Assembly (NCBI GenBank): GCA_024413595.1
Contig: JAKSUC010000011.1
Coordinates: 5,343 to 69,342, forward strand
Origin: Bacteroidales bacterium
Lineage (GTDB): Bacteria; Bacteroidota; Bacteroidia; Bacteroidales; UBA3824
Direction of reading: 5' to 3'
DNA: 64,000 nucleotides
A model generated the notes under the pieces. It saw only the letters and a program-made list of their open reading frames with translations, did no database searches and was not told the DNA's origin. Shown piece by piece: positions 20,037-30,664 of the stretch (positions within the stretch are counted from its first letter, which is position 1; every line of letters begins with the position of its first letter). Position numbers and translations under genes: made by a program.

Positions 20037-22901
20037 ATGAAAAAAGTAGAAAAAATGAAGAAATTCAAATCAATATTTATAACATGCTCTATGGTAGCTG
20101 CAGTTTTACCAACTACTACCATAGCCCAAACACCAGAAGAAGATTCTGTAAGCAACGAAATTGCTCCAGAAATGGTAAACATGGCCTTTGGTCAAGTTGA
20201 AGCACAAGATATTCTTGGAGGTGTTTCTTATATCAATGTTAGAGATTATAATTACAAATACGAACGCGATTATTCATTAGAAGGAATTACTGCTATGACA
20301 AGTGGTTTTAATGGTAATGCAATTCGTGGATGTCAAAGTGTTCTTATACTTGTTGATGGAGTTCCTCGTAATGCAAACAATGTTTTGCCAAGCGAAATAG
20401 AACAAATCACTGTATTAAAAGGTCCTGAAGCATCTATTCTATATGGTAGTGCAGGTGCAGACGGAGCTATAGTTATTACAACACGTAGAGGTAAAGTGGA
20501 CGGATTAGAAATTACAGCCAATGTAAAAACTGGCTTTAATGTAATGAAAAATAGTCTTCCTCAATATCTAAATTCTGCTGAATATATGGATACATACAAC
20601 AAAGTTCGTATTGCAGAAGGAAATGATCCTTTATATTCAGAAGAAGATATATATTATCATAGTACTGGCGAAAATCCATATCGTTACACAGATATCGATT
20701 ATTACTCTTCTGACTATATAAAAAAATATTATAATTATACTGAAGGAACAATCGAAATGGACGGCGGTAATGAAAAAGCTCATTTTTATGGTAATGTAGG
20801 ATATTACAGAAATGGCTCATATCTTAACTTTGGAGAAGATAAAAATGCAGGCAACTCTCGTTTAAACATTAGAGGAAATGTTGATGTTGATATTACTAAA
20901 AGTATAACAGCTTTTATCAATGCAAATACAACATTCTATGATGTAAAAGGTTCAAACTCTAATTATTGGAGTGCAGCAGCAACAAATCGTCCAAATTATC
21001 CAGAAAATGCAGCTCCTCTTATTCCAATTAGTTATATAGACGAAGAAAATGATAATGCTTTAAAAATTATCAATTCTTCAAACAATATTATTGATGGAAA
21101 ATATTTTTTAGGTGCTACACAATCAACAAAAACTAACACAATAGCAAATATTTATGCAGCTGGTCACCAAAAATATACAGATCGTCACTTCAATTTTGAC
21201 GCAGGTGTTAATGCTAATTTAAAATCATTATTAGACGGTTTATATTTTAAAGCTACATTTTCTGTTGATTATTCAACATCATACACTGCTTATTTTACAG
21301 AAACATATGCTTCATACGTTCCAACTTGGGGTAATATGAATGGTGAAGACAAAATTATTTCTGTAGAAGTTATGAATAAAGATAAAAAATCAGGAAAACA
21401 AAACATTACAGGTAGTAGTAGTGACCGTACTATTGGAGCAAACGCATTGTTTGGCTACAAAAAATCTTTTGGTTTACACAATGTAAATGCTCTATTAACA
21501 GGAAATGCTTATCAAGAAACAATTTCTGGTCAATATCACAGAGAAACAAACGTTGCATTATCTTTCTTAGGTAGTTACAATTATGATCGTAAATATTATA
21601 TAGATTTAGGATTAGCAATGCCTCATTCAACAAAACTTCCTGAAGATAATAGAAATGGATTAAGCAAATCAGTTTCTTTGGGTTGGAATATTGCAAACGA
21701 AGATTTCTTAAAAGGTAATTCTATTATTAGTAGTCTTTCAATTTATGGTTCTGCATCTGATATTGAAGAAGCAAAACACATTTCAGACTATTATATGTAT
21801 GAAGGTTCTTGGGATACAGGTTGGGGCTATGGTTGGGCCGATGGTAACGATGGACAATATACATATTGTACAGCAGGTGCAAACTATTCTCTAGACTATA
21901 TCAGAAAGAAAACATTATCAGGTACTTTAAAAATCGGATTTTTAGAAGACATGATTAAACTTGAAGGTTCTTACTTTACAAGTACATGGGAAGGTTTAAT
22001 CACAAAAGTTTCTACAAAATATCCAAACTTCTTAAATAATGGATGGCCTTCTGTTTCATTTGTTCCTTACGAAAACTACAACGACCAAAAACGTTGGGGA
22101 TATGAAATTGGTCTTGAATTTAATAAACAAATCAATGAAGATTGGTCTGTTGGTTTAGGAGCTTATTCTACATGGTATGATACAGAATACACCAAACTAG
22201 ACGAAATTCACGATTATGATTATCAATATCGCGAAGGTACTTCTATTAATAGTGCTTGGGGTTACAAATGCGCTGGCATATTCCAATCGCAAGAAGAAAT
22301 TGATAACTACACCAATGCTGAAGGTAAAAATGTAGTTCAAAAATTAGGAGCAACACCTGTTCCTGGTGATTTGAAATACATAGACCAAAACAATGATGGC
22401 GTTATTGATTCACAAGACCAAGTTTATTTAGGAAGAATAGACGATCCATTTAGACTTGGTGTTAATTTAACTCTTAAATATAAAAACTTTACATTATTTG
22501 CCATAGGATATGGATATTTTGGAGGAATTTATTTTAAGAGTAATTCATATTATTGGATGGATGGCGTTGACGCTAAATATTCAGTTATAGCTCGTGATTG
22601 TTGGACAGCAGACAATCCAAATGCTAAATATCCAAGACTTACAACAGGTTCATCAGCCAACAATTATCAAATTTCAGATTTTTGGCAATTTGATTGGAAT
22701 GAATTCAATCTTTCTGTTGTTCAATTGTCTTATGAATTTCCTAAAGAAATGTTTGCAAATTCATTTATCAAAGGCATTTCTGTTTATGGACAAGGTGCAA
22801 ACTTATTCAAATTCTCAAAAGAACGCGAATATATGGAAACTTATATAGGTTCAGCTCCTGCTAGTAGATTCTTTATGGTTGGTGCTAAGTTAACTTTCTA
22901 A
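20037..22901 (+). CDS. susC: Second SusC-like TonB-dependent transporter (XusC-like; lacks the N-terminal CarboxypepD-like domain)
   Basis: EIEQITVLKGPEASILYGSAGADGAIVITTRRG, PGDLKYIDQNNDGVID, terminal Phe; start may be 20055. Confidence 0.9.
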   Translation: MKKVEKMKKFKSIFITCSMVAAVLPTTTIAQTPEEDSVSNEIAPEMVNMAFGQVEAQDILGGVSYINVRDYNYKYERDYSLEGITAMTSGFNGNAIRGCQSVLILVDGVPRNANNVLPSEIEQITVLKGPEASILYGSAGADGAIVITTRRGKVDGLEITANVKTGFNVMKNSLPQYLNSAEYMDTYNKVRIAEGNDPLYSEEDIYYHSTGENPYRYTDIDYYSSDYIKKYYNYTEGTIEMDGGNEKAHFYGNVGYYRNGSYLNFGEDKNAGNSRLNIRGNVDVDITKSITAFINANTTFYDVKGSNSNYWSAAATNRPNYPENAAPLIPISYIDEENDNALKIINSSNNIIDGKYFLGATQSTKTNTIANIYAAGHQKYTDRHFNFDAGVNANLKSLLDGLYFKATFSVDYSTSYTAYFTETYASYVPTWGNMNGEDKIISVEVMNKDKKSGKQNITGSSSDRTIGANALFGYKKSFGLHNVNALLTGNAYQETISGQYHRETNVALSFLGSYNYDRKYYIDLGLAMPHSTKLPEDNRNGLSKSVSLGWNIANEDFLKGNSIISSLSIYGSASDIEEAKHISDYYMYEGSWDTGWGYGWADGNDGQYTYCTAGANYSLDYIRKKTLSGTLKIGFLEDMIKLEGSYFTSTWEGLITKVSTKYPNFLNNGWPSVSFVPYENYNDQKRWGYEIGLEFNKQINEDWSVGLGAYSTWYDTEYTKLDEIHDYDYQYREGTSINSAWGYKCAGIFQSQEEIDNYTNAEGKNVVQKLGATPVPGDLKYIDQNNDGVIDSQDQVYLGRIDDPFRLGVNLTLKYKNFTLFAIGYGYFGGIYFKSNSYYWMDGVDAKYSVIARDCWTADNPNAKYPRLTTGSSANNYQISDFWQFDWNEFNLSVVQLSYEFPKEMFANSFIKGISVYGQGANLFKFSKEREYMETYIGSAPASRFFMVGAKLTF

Positions 22902-22914
22902 TTATTTAAAGATT

Positions 22915-24714
22915 ATGAATAATAAATTTTTAAAATACGCTTTTATACTTGTAGCTGGATGTTCAATAACATTTACTGCATGCGATGATGTTTTCGAACC
23001 TATCATTGAAAACAACAAAGGTATGGATATGGTTGTTGAAAATGGAGACTATATCGGTGGCGTTCTTGGTTATGCGTATGCAACTTTACCATACAATTCT
23101 AAAAGTGATTGGGATGTTGCTACCGACGATGCTACAACAAATGATGCTAATAGTGCTTATGTAGCAATGTCCACTTCTTGGAGTGCTCAAAACTCACCTA
23201 TCAATCAATGGCAAACACGTCTTTGTACTATCAACAATTTGAATATTTATGTTGCCAACAACGACGGTGTTGAATGGTCTTCTGATGAAATAGCTAACCA
23301 ACTTTACACAATTCGTGGTAGAGGTGAAGCTTATGCTTTACGTGCATTAAATATGTATTATTTGTTAATGCTTCATGGAGGAAAAAGTTCGGATGGGCAA
23401 TTTTTAGGATTTCCATTGTTTACTGAACCATTCCCTGATGGTTTTGATTACAATATGCCTCGTGCAACCATTCAAGAATGTGTAAATCAAATTTATGCTG
23501 ATCTTGATGCTGCAATTAGCATTCTTCCTGAACAATATACTGATATTGACAACGATAGTCAAGTTCCTGAACAATACAAAGCATTAGGAGCTTCTGCAAG
23601 TCAATACAATAGAGTTTTTGGTGCACACTTAAAAGGACGTGTTGATCGTACTATTGCAGAAGCAATAAAATCTCAAGTAGCCTTATTAATGGCTAGTCCT
23701 GCATTTGAAGGAGCAACAAGCATCAATTATGATGAAGCTGCCAAACTAGCTGGTAACGTTTTAGCTAAAATTGGTGGTATTAATGGTTTAGATCCTAAAG
23801 GAAACACTTGGTTTTGTAACGAAGAAATCGATGGTCTTGGTGGAGGTGTTAACCCTAAAGAAATTCTTTGGCGTGGCAATCTTGACCGTAGCGATGCAGA
23901 TTATGCTTTAGGTAGCGACCAAGAAGTTAACAACTTCCCTCCTACTCTTAACGGAAAAGGAAGAATTAACCCTTCTCAAAACCTTGTTGACGCATTTCCT
24001 ATGGAAAATGGATTTCCAATCACATCTTCAAATTCAAATTACAATCCTCAAAATCCATACGAAGGACGTGACCCTCGTTTAGCTAAATACATTGTTTATG
24101 ATGGTGCTAAACTAAGCAATAAAGCAATAGAAACTGGTTCTTATTCAGGAACTACCGATGGCCTTAGAAAATCAGATAATGCTACTATCACAGGTTATTA
24201 TTTAAGAAAACTTCTTCGTGAAGATGTTATTATTTCTAACTCTGGTGATAAAACCACACGTCCTCACTATCATGCACGTATACGTTACACTGAAATCTTC
24301 TTAAATTATGCAGAAGCAGCCAACGAAGCTTGGGGACCTAATGCAGATGGAGGTTTCGGGTTCTCTGCTTTTGACGTTGTAAAAGCTATTCGCCAACGTG
24401 CTGGTATCTCTGGTGGTGATGGTTACTTAATGCAATGTACTTCTAAAGAACAATTAAGAGAACTTATCAGAAACGAACGTCGTATTGAACTTTGTTTCGA
24501 AAATAAACGTTTCTGGGATTTACGTCGTTGGAATCTAACTGAAAAAATGAACGAAACTGTAAAAGGTATTAACATCACAAATGACGGCACTCAAAAAGTA
24601 TACACTATTATTGATGTTGCAAATCGTTCTTATCAGCCATATATGATATATGGTCCTATTCCAAATGATGAAATCACAAAATGGTCTAATTTAGTACAAA
24701 ATCAAGGCTGGTAA
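22915..24714 (+). CDS. susD: Second SusD-like lipoprotein
   Basis: TACDD lipobox, RYTEIFLNYAEAANE, IRNERRIELCFENKRFWDLRRW, QNQGW end. Confidence 0.92.
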   Translation: MNNKFLKYAFILVAGCSITFTACDDVFEPIIENNKGMDMVVENGDYIGGVLGYAYATLPYNSKSDWDVATDDATTNDANSAYVAMSTSWSAQNSPINQWQTRLCTINNLNIYVANNDGVEWSSDEIANQLYTIRGRGEAYALRALNMYYLLMLHGGKSSDGQFLGFPLFTEPFPDGFDYNMPRATIQECVNQIYADLDAAISILPEQYTDIDNDSQVPEQYKALGASASQYNRVFGAHLKGRVDRTIAEAIKSQVALLMASPAFEGATSINYDEAAKLAGNVLAKIGGINGLDPKGNTWFCNEEIDGLGGGVNPKEILWRGNLDRSDADYALGSDQEVNNFPPTLNGKGRINPSQNLVDAFPMENGFPITSSNSNYNPQNPYEGRDPRLAKYIVYDGAKLSNKAIETGSYSGTTDGLRKSDNATITGYYLRKLLREDVIISNSGDKTTRPHYHARIRYTEIFLNYAEAANEAWGPNADGGFGFSAFDVVKAIRQRAGISGGDGYLMQCTSKEQLRELIRNERRIELCFENKRFWDLRRWNLTEKMNETVKGINITNDGTQKVYTIIDVANRSYQPYMIYGPIPNDEITKWSNLVQNQGW

Positions 24715-24745
24715 TAATATTATTAATTTGAAAAATTCACTTAAA

Positions 24746-25768
24746 ATGAAGATAAATAAATTATTATGTGGAATGTCGGCTATGGCTTTATTAGCTTTGC
24801 CGTCTTGTGAAAATGGCGATAGAGATTTTCCTGATTTTGATGGAGGTGCAACTGTATATTTTGCATATCAATATCCCGTTCGTACTATTGTTTTAGGAAA
24901 TGATACATACGATACTAAAGCTGACAATGAACATCGCTTTGCAATTTACTCTGTTTCTGGAGGCACATACGATGGAGTTACTGCTAGCGTTGGTTTCGGT
25001 ATCGAAGAATCTCTTTGCAACAATCTCTATTTTGATCAAGATAAAAATGAACCTGTTAAAGCAATGCCACAATCTTATTATTCTTTAGGTTCTGAAGTTC
25101 TTCAGTATAACAAACAACAAAACACTTATGTTGATGTTCAATTATCTGACGAGTTTTTTGCAGATCCTAATAGTTTAAAAAATACATACGTTATTCCTCT
25201 TAGAATGACAAGTGCATCTGGCAATGTTTCTATTTTAGAAGGTTCTTCAATGGTTGAAAGTCCTGTTTGGCAAAATGCTAATGATTGGAATACGCTTCCA
25301 AAAAACTACGTTTTATATTGTGTTAAATTTATCAATAAATATCATGCTAATTATCTTCGTCGTGGTGTTGATAATATCACATATAATGGAAACACAGATA
25401 CAAAAATTCGTCACAATGGTGTTGAAAAAGATGAAGTTTGTTCAACAAAATCATTATCTTTAAATTCTGTTGAATATCCTGTATCTACTTTATTAGCAGA
25501 TGGAACCTCTGTCACCTGTAATCTTGTTCTTGATTTCGATGCAAATGGAAATTGTACAATAAAAGGCGATGGAAAATACGAAGCTTCTGGTTCTGGTAAA
25601 TATTGTGAAAATTCTGAAATCAAAGCTTGGGGTAATAAAGATAGAGATGGATTATATCTTGATTACACTATTGATTTTGGCGAACGTCAAATCTCTACTA
25701 AAGATACTCTTGTATGGCAAAGTCGTGGAGTATCTATGGAAACTTTCAGCCCTTATTATATTCAATAG
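24746..25768 (+). CDS. PUL surface lipoprotein (DUF1735/DUF5627-like)
   Basis: PSCEN lipobox, VYFAYQYPVRTIVLG, YVIPLRM; position between susD and GH10 as in xus clusters. Confidence 0.75.
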   Translation: MKINKLLCGMSAMALLALPSCENGDRDFPDFDGGATVYFAYQYPVRTIVLGNDTYDTKADNEHRFAIYSVSGGTYDGVTASVGFGIEESLCNNLYFDQDKNEPVKAMPQSYYSLGSEVLQYNKQQNTYVDVQLSDEFFADPNSLKNTYVIPLRMTSASGNVSILEGSSMVESPVWQNANDWNTLPKNYVLYCVKFINKYHANYLRRGVDNITYNGNTDTKIRHNGVEKDEVCSTKSLSLNSVEYPVSTLLADGTSVTCNLVLDFDANGNCTIKGDGKYEASGSGKYCENSEIKAWGNKDRDGLYLDYTIDFGERQISTKDTLVWQSRGVSMETFSPYYIQ

Positions 25769-25784
25769 TTAAAATTTGATTACT

Positions 25785-28043
25785 ATGAAAAACATATATA
25801 AATTTTTATCTTTAGCTACTATTTTAACTTCGTTTTCGGCTTGTATTGACGATCCATACGAAGAATATTCGGTAGAAAAACCTCAAAGTATTTCAGAATA
25901 CGAATATCTTAAAGAATATGATGTTCTTAAAAATTATCTACCAAACGATAATTTCAAATTAGCTTCTGGAGTTTCTGCTACAGATTTTGTTAATGGTGGA
26001 ACATGCTATGTGTTAGCAAAAACTAATTTTAACGAAGTTGTTGCTGGTAACGAAATGAAATATGGTTCTTGCGTTGCCGACAATGGTACAATGAACTTTG
26101 TTACTGTTTCTGATTTTGTAAATTTAGCTAAAGAAGCAAATCTTTCTGTATTTGGTCATACTCTCTGTTGGCACGCTCAACAAGGTCAATATCCTAAAAC
26201 TAGTGTTCTTGGTCACATAACAGAAAGAAAACTCGTTGATAGAGACGTTACTGATGCCGACAATACAAATCCTGTTTGTACATGGAATGGAGGACAAGGT
26301 GAATTTACTTCTACTGCAGAAGGTCTTCACGTTGTTTCTCATAAAACCGCAAATTTTTGGGATGTTCAATTTTGGAATAGTGTAGGTGCTAAAGACCTTA
26401 ATCCTGATTTTACATACACAATTAAAGTTACTATTGATTCTAAATCTTATCAAAACAAGATGAACTTTAAACTTGGAGATTGGGGAGGTGGAATTGAAAC
26501 TCAACTTGATGTTATTCTTGGTACAAAAACTTATGAATTTCAAGGTTCTCCTGCATCAAAAATTGGAAATGCAGACCTTATGCTTCAATCTGGATTTGAC
26601 GAAGGCGAATACATTGTTAAAGAAATCAAAGTTACACACCACGAAAATTTTTGGGAAGGTGGTACTAAAGTTGTTGAAAATCCTTACAAAAAAGAATTAA
26701 TCACAAACGTTGATAGTGAAGGAGAAAACACAAACTTTTTTGCTAACGATAAAGTTTCTGGTATATCTACTGGTAAAGCAGATGTATTTAATGATCCTAC
26801 TCAAGGTAAATGTTTTGTTGTTCACAATAAAGACGTTGCAACATGGAGTTGGGATGCTCAATTCTTTATCAATGTTGATCACAAATTTACAACAGGAGAA
26901 AAGGCAACTCTTAAAATGAAGATTAAAGCCGACACTGAAATGGACGCTGATGGTTGTCAAGCTCACGTTGGACCAGGTAACTATAAACACTGGGCTTTCT
27001 TTGATTCTCCTCATTTCACTACTGAATGGAAAGACTACTCTTCTACTATTACAATCACTGCTGATCAAAATGAAGTTACTTGTGTTGCTTTCAATCTATC
27101 AAAAGGTGCTCCTAACGTAGATGATAACACAACAGGACCTGTTACACCAAACAACTATTATTTTGACGACATTCAAATTATTGTTGAAGGCGTAACAAAA
27201 GAAACCGTTGAAGATCGTATTCCTCAAACAGAAAAAGAATTATACGATACTACATATCGTGCTCTTGAAAAATTCATTTCTGGTATAATGACTGCTTCAA
27301 ACGGATATGTTAAAGCTTGGGACGTTGTTAACGAACCTCTTTCGGGTGAAGATAAAGATGGTGATGGTAAATACGACCTTCAATCTTCTAAAAACGTGAG
27401 CGAAGATGATGCTAAAGCCAACTTCTATTGGAGTGATTATCTTGGCGACACATACGTTCGCGATGCAGTTGCTTTAGCTCGTAAATATGGTAGTGCTACT
27501 GGTGCTGACAATCTACAACTTTTTGTTAATGATTACAATCTTGAATCTACTTGGGATAATAATCAAAAACTTAAAGACCTTATTAAATGGATTGAATATT
27601 GGGAATCTGACGGAGTTACAAAAATTGATGGTATTGGATCTCAAATGCACATCAGTTACTACTCTGATCCTGAAAGCCAAAAGTCGCAAGAAGACCACAT
27701 TGTTGAAATGTTAAATTTAATGGCTGCTTCTGGTAAATTATGTCGTATATCTGAACTTGATATGGGATATGTTGACGGTAAACAATTTGCTGGACAAACT
27801 ATTAAAACTACAGAAATGACTTTAGAAATGCACAAACAAATGGCTGAATTTTACAAATTTATTGTAAAAAAATATCTTGAAATCATTCCTGCAAGTCAAC
27901 AATATGGTATTTGTCAATGGTGTCCTACAGATAGTCCTGCAAACTCTGGTTGGAGAGCTGGAGAACCTACTGGTTTATGGAACGAACAATACAATCGTAA
28001 ACCTCAATACGCTGGTTTCGCTGAAGGTTTACAAAACAAATAA
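25785..28043 (+). CDS. GH10 endo-1,4-beta-xylanase lipoprotein with inserted CBM4-like modules (Xyn10C-type)
   Basis: GNEMK and GHTLCWHAQ before a ~350-aa insertion, then WDVVNEP, NDYNLE, GIGSQMH, ISELD. Confidence 0.9.
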   Translation: MKNIYKFLSLATILTSFSACIDDPYEEYSVEKPQSISEYEYLKEYDVLKNYLPNDNFKLASGVSATDFVNGGTCYVLAKTNFNEVVAGNEMKYGSCVADNGTMNFVTVSDFVNLAKEANLSVFGHTLCWHAQQGQYPKTSVLGHITERKLVDRDVTDADNTNPVCTWNGGQGEFTSTAEGLHVVSHKTANFWDVQFWNSVGAKDLNPDFTYTIKVTIDSKSYQNKMNFKLGDWGGGIETQLDVILGTKTYEFQGSPASKIGNADLMLQSGFDEGEYIVKEIKVTHHENFWEGGTKVVENPYKKELITNVDSEGENTNFFANDKVSGISTGKADVFNDPTQGKCFVVHNKDVATWSWDAQFFINVDHKFTTGEKATLKMKIKADTEMDADGCQAHVGPGNYKHWAFFDSPHFTTEWKDYSSTITITADQNEVTCVAFNLSKGAPNVDDNTTGPVTPNNYYFDDIQIIVEGVTKETVEDRIPQTEKELYDTTYRALEKFISGIMTASNGYVKAWDVVNEPLSGEDKDGDGKYDLQSSKNVSEDDAKANFYWSDYLGDTYVRDAVALARKYGSATGADNLQLFVNDYNLESTWDNNQKLKDLIKWIEYWESDGVTKIDGIGSQMHISYYSDPESQKSQEDHIVEMLNLMAASGKLCRISELDMGYVDGKQFAGQTIKTTEMTLEMHKQMAEFYKFIVKKYLEIIPASQQYGICQWCPTDSPANSGWRAGEPTGLWNEQYNRKPQYAGFAEGLQNK

Positions 28044-28060
28044 TTAATTTTACTTTTTTA

Positions 28061-28095
28061 TCCGATTGAACATATTTTGTTCAATCGGACTTTTT
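28061..28095 (+). terminator. PUL terminator
   Basis: TCCGATTGAACA-tattt-TGTTCAATCGGA plus T tract. Confidence 0.75.
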
Positions 28096-28167
28096 ACTCA
28101 ACTATTAAGTATTTAAATTGATATATTTTTAAACTTTTATCAACCTGTTTTTTTTAGAAACAATCAT

Positions 28168-28202
28168 AAAGGCTTTACATAAATATTTGTAAAGCCTTTT
28201 TT
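28168..28202. repeat. Palindromic hairpin element (copy 1 of a family also at 54131 and 50140)
   Basis: AAAGGCTTTACA-taaatatt-TGTAAAGCCTTT. Confidence 0.7.
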
Positions 28203-28291
28203 ATACATAATAAGCAAATTGAATATTAAAAACTAGATATAATAATAATTTTTGTAACTTTGCACACAATTGAAAAATAGATATTTATTTC

Positions 28292-29989
28292 ATGAAATAT
28301 ACTAATATAACAGGTGCAGAAGCAATAACTCTTGCTTTAATAGAAGAAAATATACAAGTAATATTTGGTTATCCCGGAGGAGCCAATCTTCCAATTTATG
28401 ATTCATTTTATAATCACGAAGATAAAATTTCACATATATTAGTACGTCACGAACAAGGTGCAGTTCATGCTGCTGAAGGTTATGCCGAAGCATCTGGACA
28501 TGTAGGAGTTTGTATGGCAACTTCTGGTCCTGGAGCAACAAATTTTTTAACTGGAATTGCTGACGCAATGCTTGATAGCGTTCCAATTGTTTGTATCACT
28601 GGACAAGTTAATTCTAACGAATTAGGTTATGATGCTTTTCAAGAAACTGATGTTGTTGGTTTTTCGATGCCTGTTACAAAATGGAATTATCAAATAACCA
28701 ACGCCGACGAAATAGCAGAAAACATTGCTAAAGCATTTTATATTGCACGTAGTGGACGTCCAGGACCTGTTTTATTAGATATAACAAAAAATGCACAAAC
28801 TTCTATCATTAAAGAATTTGAGTATAAAAAATGTACCAAAATTGACAGTTATCATCCTAAATGGAAACCTCGTTTAGACAAAATAGAAGGCGCAGTAAAC
28901 TTACTTAACAATGCAAAACGCCCATTTATGGTGGTTGGGCATGGTGTTTTACAATCAAAATGTCGTGAAGAAATTAGATATATAGCCGAAACACTTTCAA
29001 TGCCAGTTGGTTGTACATTAAAAGGATTAACCGCATTTGCCTCTGATCATCCACTTTTTGCAGGAATGGTTGGTTTACACGGAAACTATGCAGCAAATAT
29101 GTTAACAAACGAATGTGACGTTTTATTGGCTGTAGGAATGCGTTTTGCCGATAGAGTTACAGGTAACGTAAAAAAATATGCAAAAAAAGCCAGAATTATT
29201 CATATTGATATAGATTCATCTGAAATTAATAAAGTTATACAATCACGAATACCTATAAATTCAGATGCAAAATCAGCATTAAAACTCATCAACGAAAAAA
29301 TATTGCCCAAAAATAATCCAGAATGGCTAAACTTGATGGAAACTTATAAACAAAAAGAATATGAAAAAGTTATCAAACAAGATTTAGATCAACATTCCAA
29401 AGAATTAAGAATGGGACGAGTGGTTGACGCCGTTTCAAAACGTTTACCAATGGGGGCAGTTTGCGTTACCGACGTTGGACAAAATCAAATGGCTGCTGCT
29501 AGATATTTTCGACATACAATTTCAGATTGTTTAATAACAAGTGGAGGACTTGGAACTATGGGTTTTGCATTGCCAGCTGCAATTGGTGCTGCTCAAGCTA
29601 TCAAAGGTTGCAATATTATTACTTTTATGGGCGACGGTGGATTCCAAATGACTATCGAAGAGCTTGGAACAATTATGCAATATCATCTTCCAATCAAAAT
29701 TATTTTATTAAACAATAATTATTTAGGTATGATTCGTCAATTACAAGAATTATATTATAAAGATCATGACTATTTTGAAGGTTTAATAAACCCTGATTTT
29801 GTGATGATTGCAAAAGCGTATCATATTCCTGCAAAAAAAGTTACAACTCAAGAAGATTTAAATCTTGCAATAGAAGAAATGTTAACAACTCCAGGACCAT
29901 TTTTTATAGAAGCTCAAGTTGAAAAAAAAGCAAATATATATCCTGTTATTCCAGCAGGTTGTGGCGTTGGTGAACAAAAACTTGAATAA
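28292..29989 (+). CDS. ilvB: Acetolactate synthase large subunit
   Basis: FGYPGG, RHEQGAVHAAEGYA, TSGPGATN, DVGQNQM, GDGGFQM TPP motif; TAACTTTG promoter at 28255. Confidence 0.93.
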   Translation: MKYTNITGAEAITLALIEENIQVIFGYPGGANLPIYDSFYNHEDKISHILVRHEQGAVHAAEGYAEASGHVGVCMATSGPGATNFLTGIADAMLDSVPIVCITGQVNSNELGYDAFQETDVVGFSMPVTKWNYQITNADEIAENIAKAFYIARSGRPGPVLLDITKNAQTSIIKEFEYKKCTKIDSYHPKWKPRLDKIEGAVNLLNNAKRPFMVVGHGVLQSKCREEIRYIAETLSMPVGCTLKGLTAFASDHPLFAGMVGLHGNYAANMLTNECDVLLAVGMRFADRVTGNVKKYAKKARIIHIDIDSSEINKVIQSRIPINSDAKSALKLINEKILPKNNPEWLNLMETYKQKEYEKVIKQDLDQHSKELRMGRVVDAVSKRLPMGAVCVTDVGQNQMAAARYFRHTISDCLITSGGLGTMGFALPAAIGAAQAIKGCNIITFMGDGGFQMTIEELGTIMQYHLPIKIILLNNNYLGMIRQLQELYYKDHDYFEGLINPDFVMIAKAYHIPAKKVTTQEDLNLAIEEMLTTPGPFFIEAQVEKKANIYPVIPAGCGVGEQKLE

Positions 29990-30001
29990 ATTTTAAAAAT
30001 T

Positions 30002-30565
30002 ATGAGACAAAAAAACGATACAATTATAAAACGTAGATACACTTTATTAATATATACAGAGAACCATATTGGTTTATTAAACAGAATTTCAATTATATTT
30101 ACTCGTCACAAAGTAAATATTGAAACTCTAAATACATCATCATGTATGCACAAATCGCTACATTCTTTTGTAATAACTATAAACACAACCAAAGCACAAG
30201 CAAAACATCTTTGTAAATGTATCGAAAAACAAGTAGAAGTTGCCAAAGCTTTTCTTTATCGTGAAGATCAAATTATTGCACAAGAAGTTGCCTTGTACAA
30301 AATTTCATGTACCGAAAAACAACCTTTTTCAAAACTACAAAACATTATTAGAACAAGCAATGTTCGTGTTTTAGCCGTTGAAGGTGATTTTATTGTGTTA
30401 GAAAAAACAGGAACTCAAATTGATACTCAAGATTTTTTAAAGAAACTAAAAGATTTTGATGTTCGCGAATTTATTCAATCTGGTAGAGTAATAGTTACTC
30501 GTCCAATGGGTAAACTTCAAGATGTTCTTGCAAAAATGGACGAAGACGAAGAAAAAGACTTTTAG
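30002..30565 (+). CDS. ilvN: Acetolactate synthase small regulatory subunit
   Basis: ENHIGLLNRISIIFTR..NIETLN ACT domain; directly downstream of ilvB. Confidence 0.9.
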   Translation: MRQKNDTIIKRRYTLLIYTENHIGLLNRISIIFTRHKVNIETLNTSSCMHKSLHSFVITINTTKAQAKHLCKCIEKQVEVAKAFLYREDQIIAQEVALYKISCTEKQPFSKLQNIIRTSNVRVLAVEGDFIVLEKTGTQIDTQDFLKKLKDFDVREFIQSGRVIVTRPMGKLQDVLAKMDEDEEKDF

Positions 30566-30664
30566 TTTGATTTATTCTGCAACCTTTTTTTTATTGTAAA
30601 TCATCAAAATAATCACTAAATTTGCAAAACGAAAACTTAAAATCTTATTCTTAATTTACAAATC

